From assembly GCA_038328755.1 (NCBI GenBank), contig JBBQMH010000001.1, positions 18,422 through 82,421 on the forward strand: 64,000 nt of DNA, written 5' to 3'. Source of the DNA: Candidatus Limnocylindrales bacterium (lineage in GTDB: Bacteria; Chloroflexota; Limnocylindria; Limnocylindrales; CSP1-4). The position numbers and the translations under genes are program-made. Below are positions 60,300 to 64,000 of the stretch, piece after piece. Each line of letters starts with the position of its first letter. Position 1 is the stretch's first letter. A model generated the notes under the pieces. The model worked only from the letters and a program-made list of their open reading frames with translations. It searched no databases and had not been told where the DNA came from.

Positions 60300-61036
60300 T
60301 CCGGCTCGACGGCGTGACGGCCCTCTATCGCGAGCGAGCAGCCCTGCGCGACGTGTCCCTCTACGTGGCCCCGGGCGAGCGGGTCGCCATCGTCGGTCCG
60401 AACGGCGCGGGGAAGTCGACGCTGCTGCGGGTCGTCGCCGGCCTGATCCGGCCCGCGACCGGCACCGTGGAGCTCGACGGTCGACCGGTCGAGCAGATGG
60501 AGCGCCTTGCCGTCGCCCGGCGCCTGGCCGTGGTCCCGCAACTGCCGAGCCTGCCGTTCGCGACCTCGGTCGAGGAGGTCGTCGCGCTGGGTCGGCTACC
60601 GCACGAACATCCGATCCGTGGCATGCGACCCAGCGACCGGGCCGCCGTTGCCGCCGCGATCGACCGGGTGGGCGTCGGACATCTGCTCGGCCGCGACGCG
60701 CGGGAGCTGTCGCTCGGCGAGCGCCAGCTGGTGCTGCTCGCGATGGCCGTGGCGCAGGCCGCGCCCGTGCTGATCCTCGACGAGCCGACCGTGCACCTCG
60801 ACCTGCGGCACCAGGTGGAGGTCATGGAGCTGGTGGGCGACCTCAACGCCCGCGACGGAACCACGATCCTGGCGGTCCTTCACGATCTCGGGCTGGCGGC
60901 CCACTTCTTCCCCCGCCTGATCCTGCTGGATCACGGCCGCGTCGTGGCCGATGGCCCGCCGGCCGAGGTGCTCGCCCCGGAGCGGATCCGCGATGTGTTC
61001 GGCGTCGATCCGTCCTTCGTGCGCATCGGGAGCTGA
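60296..61036 (+). CDS. ABC transporter ATP-binding protein (BtuD/FecE-like)
   Basis: GPNGAGKSTLL, LSLGERQLVLLA, LILDEPTVHLD; GTGA overlap. Confidence 0.9.
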   Translation: MIRLDGVTALYRERAALRDVSLYVAPGERVAIVGPNGAGKSTLLRVVAGLIRPATGTVELDGRPVEQMERLAVARRLAVVPQLPSLPFATSVEEVVALGRLPHEHPIRGMRPSDRAAVAAAIDRVGVGHLLGRDARELSLGERQLVLLAMAVAQAAPVLILDEPTVHLDLRHQVEVMELVGDLNARDGTTILAVLHDLGLAAHFFPRLILLDHGRVVADGPPAEVLAPERIRDVFGVDPSFVRIGS

Positions 61037-61051
61037 CGCGGATCACGCTGG

Positions 61052-61147
61052 CTGGCGCCCCACGCCCGCGCGGCACTGGCGCCCCACGCCCGCGCGGCAC
61101 TGAGGTCCCGCGCTTGCGCGGGACTGAGGTCCCGCGCTTGCGTGCTA
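61052..61147. repeat. 4 x 24-nt tandem array (A,A,B,B), B units forming 9-bp hairpins
   Basis: CTGGCGCCCCACGCCCGCGCGGCA x2 then CTGAGGTCCCGCGCTTGCGCGGGA x2. Confidence 0.8.
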
Positions 61148-61157
61148 CGCTCCAGCC

Positions 61158-61847
61158 GTGAACCGAGCGACTCCCGTCCGTCGCGCCCCGCCCCCCCTCC
61201 CGATCCTTGCCCTCCTGCTGGCCGCTGCCCTGTCGGGCTGCGGAAGCACGGTCGAGACCCCGCTCGCAACCATTGGCCCGGCTGCCAGCTCCTCGGCACC
61301 AGGAGATGGGTCGGCGAGCCCCGACGCTACGGCCACGCAGGCGCCGTTACCCGTGGTGACACCGGCCCCGAGCGGTGAACCCGGGACACCGAGCCCGTCC
61401 GACGGGCCCACGGCGGCGACGGTCTGCACCGGGAGCGAATCCAACCTGGCGTTCTTCACCCAGGCCGCAGCTGGTATGGCCTGGTCGGTCTACTGCGCCG
61501 TCCTGCCCGATGGCTGGTACCTCGAAACCGGGTCCTATCGGCTGGCCAATGAAGGCCACCTGGAAGTGACGTATCGCGGGCCGGGCGACGCCCACGTGTC
61601 GATCGCCGAGGGCAACATCTGCCTCGACGTTGGCGGCGACGTCGAACAATGCGCTCCTCGAGACACCGTGATCGCGGACGCCGCCATGGGTGACATGGTC
61701 GGCGAGCTCGGCCGCCTCTCCAACGGGCTGGTCCTGGACGTGGACCGCGGCGCGAACCCCTCGTGGCGCGTGACCGGACTGGGAATCGCCGAGGACGAGT
61801 TCACCGCCCTCTGTGCGGCGATGATCAAGGTCCCCGCCGCGCCCTGA
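61158..61847 (+). CDS. hypothetical lipoprotein (229 aa)
   Basis: LLAAALSGCGS lipobox; Pro/Ser-rich linker. Confidence 0.6.
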   Translation: MNRATPVRRAPPPLPILALLLAAALSGCGSTVETPLATIGPAASSSAPGDGSASPDATATQAPLPVVTPAPSGEPGTPSPSDGPTAATVCTGSESNLAFFTQAAAGMAWSVYCAVLPDGWYLETGSYRLANEGHLEVTYRGPGDAHVSIAEGNICLDVGGDVEQCAPRDTVIADAAMGDMVGELGRLSNGLVLDVDRGANPSWRVTGLGIAEDEFTALCAAMIKVPAAP

Positions 61848-61861
61848 CGCCTGGTGCCCTG

Positions 61862-62989
61862 ATGCGGATCGCCGATTTCGACCTGGAGCGGTACTTCGCC
61901 CGCTGGGAGTTCGCCGTCCGCCACGTCCTGTGCGCCAGCGACGTCGAAGGCTGGTCGATGGGCGAGCTGCTCGCCCTTGCGGACGACGAGGCGGCGACGC
62001 TGTGGCGCGACCTGCGCCTCAGCTACACGGAGGCTCCGGGGCATCCGCTCCTCCGTCGTGAGATCGCCGCGCTGTACGAGACCGCCGAGGCCGACGACAT
62101 CCTCGTTCTATCCGGCGCCGGGGAGGGGATCTTCACGCTCGTCAACGTGCTGCTCGGGCCCGGCGACCACGCCATCGTGACCTGGCCCGGCTACCAGAGC
62201 CTGTACGAGGTGGCGCGGTCGTGCGGCGCGGAGGTCACCCTGCACGAGCTCCGGGAGGAGGCCGGCTGGGCCATCGACGTGGAGGCGCTGCGCCGGCAGG
62301 TGACCTCCGCGACCCGCCTGATCGTCATCAACGCACCCCACAACCCGACCGGCATGCTCCCGGACCGCGCAACGTTCGATGCGGTCGTGGCGATCGCCGC
62401 CGAGGCCGGCGCCTACCTGTTCGTCGACGAGGTCTACCGATACCTCGAGTTCGACGAGGCGGATCGGCTGCCGGCGGGAATCGATGCCGGGGCGCACGTG
62501 ATCTCCCTCGGCGTCATGTCGAAGTCGTTCGCGATGCCCGGGCTGCGGATCGGGTGGCTCGCCTCCCGGAATCGGGACCTGCTGGCCCGCGTCGCCGCGT
62601 TCAAGGACTACACGACGATCTGCGCCTCGGCACCGTCCGAGATCCTGGCGCTGATCGGGCTGCAGGCCCTGGACATCGTCCTGGCCCGCTCGCGAGGGAT
62701 CGTGGCCGCGAACCTGGCCGTTCTGGACGACTTCTTCGAGCGGCGCTCCGACGCGTTCTCGTGGGTCCGGCCGCGCGGCGGTTCCATCGGCTTCCCGTCC
62801 CTGGTTCCGGCCGGGCCCGCCGGGTCGTCAGCGGAACGGTTCTGCGCGCGACTGGTTGAGGACGCCGGCGTCATGCTGCTGCCGGGGACCGCGTTTGGTT
62901 TCGCCGATGACCACTTCCGCCTCGGATTTGGCCGGACCGATCTCCCCGAGGCACTCCAGCAGCTCGAAGCATTCCTCGACGCTCCATGA
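61862..62989 (+). CDS. class I/II aminotransferase (PLP-dependent)
   Basis: INAPHNPTG; [17 protein letters not shown]-lysine region. Confidence 0.85.
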   Translation: MRIADFDLERYFARWEFAVRHVLCASDVEGWSMGELLALADDEAATLWRDLRLSYTEAPGHPLLRREIAALYETAEADDILVLSGAGEGIFTLVNVLLGPGDHAIVTWPGYQSLYEVARSCGAEVTLHELREEAGWAIDVEALRRQVTSATRLIVINAPHNPTGMLPDRATFDAVVAIAAEAGAYLFVDEVYRYLEFDEADRLPAGIDAGAHVISLGVMSKSFAMPGLRIGWLASRNRDLLARVAAFKDYTTICASAPSEILALIGLQALDIVLARSRGIVAANLAVLDDFFERRSDAFSWVRPRGGSIGFPSLVPAGPAGSSAERFCARLVEDAGVMLLPGTAFGFADDHFRLGFGRTDLPEALQQLEAFLDAP

Positions 62990-64000
62990 CGGTTTCGCTT
63001 CCCAACCGAGCCGAGGTTGTCGTCATCGGAGGCGGCATCGTCGGTGCGAGCGTGGCCTATCACCTCGTCCAGCGCGGCCAGAAGGACGTCGTCCTGCTCG
63101 AGCGCAACCAGCTCACCTCGGGTACGACCTGGCACGCCGCGGGACTGGCGACCCAGCTGCGAGCCACCTACAACATGAGCATGCTGGCCAAGTACAGCGC
63201 CGAGCTGTTTCCGCGCCTCGAACGCGAGACGGGCATGGGGACGGGCTTTCGCCAGGTCGGCTCGCTCGGGATCGCCCTGAACGAGGCGCGCTTCGAGGAG
63301 ATGCGCCGGAGCGCCTCGATGGCCCGGGTCTGCGGTTTCGAGGTCGAAGTCGTCTCGTCCGCCAGGGCCGCCGCGATGTGGCCGTTGATGAACCCGGACG
63401 GGATCGAGGGGGCGATCTTCCTGCCCGCCGACGGGATCGCCAACCCGACGGATGTGACGATGGCGCTCGCCAAGGGCTTCCGCAACGGAGGCGGGCGCAT
63501 TTTCGAGCACACGGGCGTGACCGAGGTCCTGACCAGCGACGGCCGGGTGACCGGCATTTGCAGCTCCGACGGGGAGATCGAGGCCGCGGTCGTCGTCAAC
63601 TGCACCGGCATGTGGGCGCATGCGTTCGGCAGGCAGAACGACGTCACGATCCCGCTCCACGCCGCCGAGCACTTCTACGTCGTCACCGAGCCGATCCCGG
63701 GCCTCGCCCCGGACCTGCCAGTCCTCCGGGTCATGGACGAGTTCGCCTACGTCCGCGAGGACGCGGGCAAGCTCATGGTCGGATTCTTCGAGCCAGGCGC
63801 AAAGCCATGGGCGACCGACGGGATCCCCGACGACTTCGCCTTCGGCCGGTTGCCCGAGGACTGGGATCACCTGGGGCCGTACGTGGAGCGGATGGCGCAC
63901 CGACTGCCCGTCCTCGGTGACGCCGGGATCAAGCTCTTCTTCAACGGGCCAGAGAGCTTCACGCCCGACGATCGCTACATCCTCGGAGAGGCCCCTGAAC
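62985..64000 (+). CDS. FAD-dependent oxidoreductase (DAO family, sarcosine/dimethylglycine oxidase-like); 3' end outside window
   Basis: [17 protein letters not shown] Rossmann motif; ATGA overlap with aminotransferase; not in ORF track because it has no stop in window. Confidence 0.8.

Overview
This is a high-GC window (about 70% GC) from a bacterial chromosome. It looks Gram-positive-like, with hrcA-grpE-dnaK…dnaJ-prmA and rpsU-yqeY / pgpH-ybeY / pth-mfd gene orders. I would guess deep-branching Actinobacteria or Chloroflexi, but I cannot confirm this from sequence alone. No rRNA, tRNA, CRISPR array or recognisable IS/transposase was seen.

The first ~10.7 kb reads as accessory sequence with lower GC:
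- A minus-strand cluster of five signal-peptide proteins of unknown function, plus two tiny membrane-peptide ORFs with strong RBSs.
- Two diverged copies of a conserved ~160-nt non-coding element in the leaders of two of these genes.
- A NarL-type two-component system followed by three exact ATAGCGGGA direct repeats.
- A small secreted protein and an ABC transporter whose ATPase carries an in-frame TAG.

Core genes follow: lepA, a CPBP protease, hemW, then the hrcA (with a perfect CIRCE operator)-grpE-dnaK heat-shock operon. dnaK and dnaJ are split by a ~4.6 kb insertion carrying an XRE-type regulator bracketed by two GC-rich tandem-repeat arrays, an ABC-2 exporter and a UdgB-like uracil-DNA glycosylase. 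Downstream come prmA, a HIT protein, an acyl-CoA ligase, a membrane GGDEF+HD-GYP protein, rpsU-yqeY-pgpH-ybeY, pth-mfd, an MFS transporter, a methyl-cycle/methionine-salvage cluster (apt, mtnA, ahcY, metK with kynU and an S9 peptidase), a GDP-mannose cluster (manC, manB, cupin, SWIM protein), three secreted proteins, a BtuFCD-type ABC importer, an aminotransferase and a partial FAD oxidoreductase. Degenerate 20-24 nt GC-rich tandem repeat arrays recur in intergenic regions.
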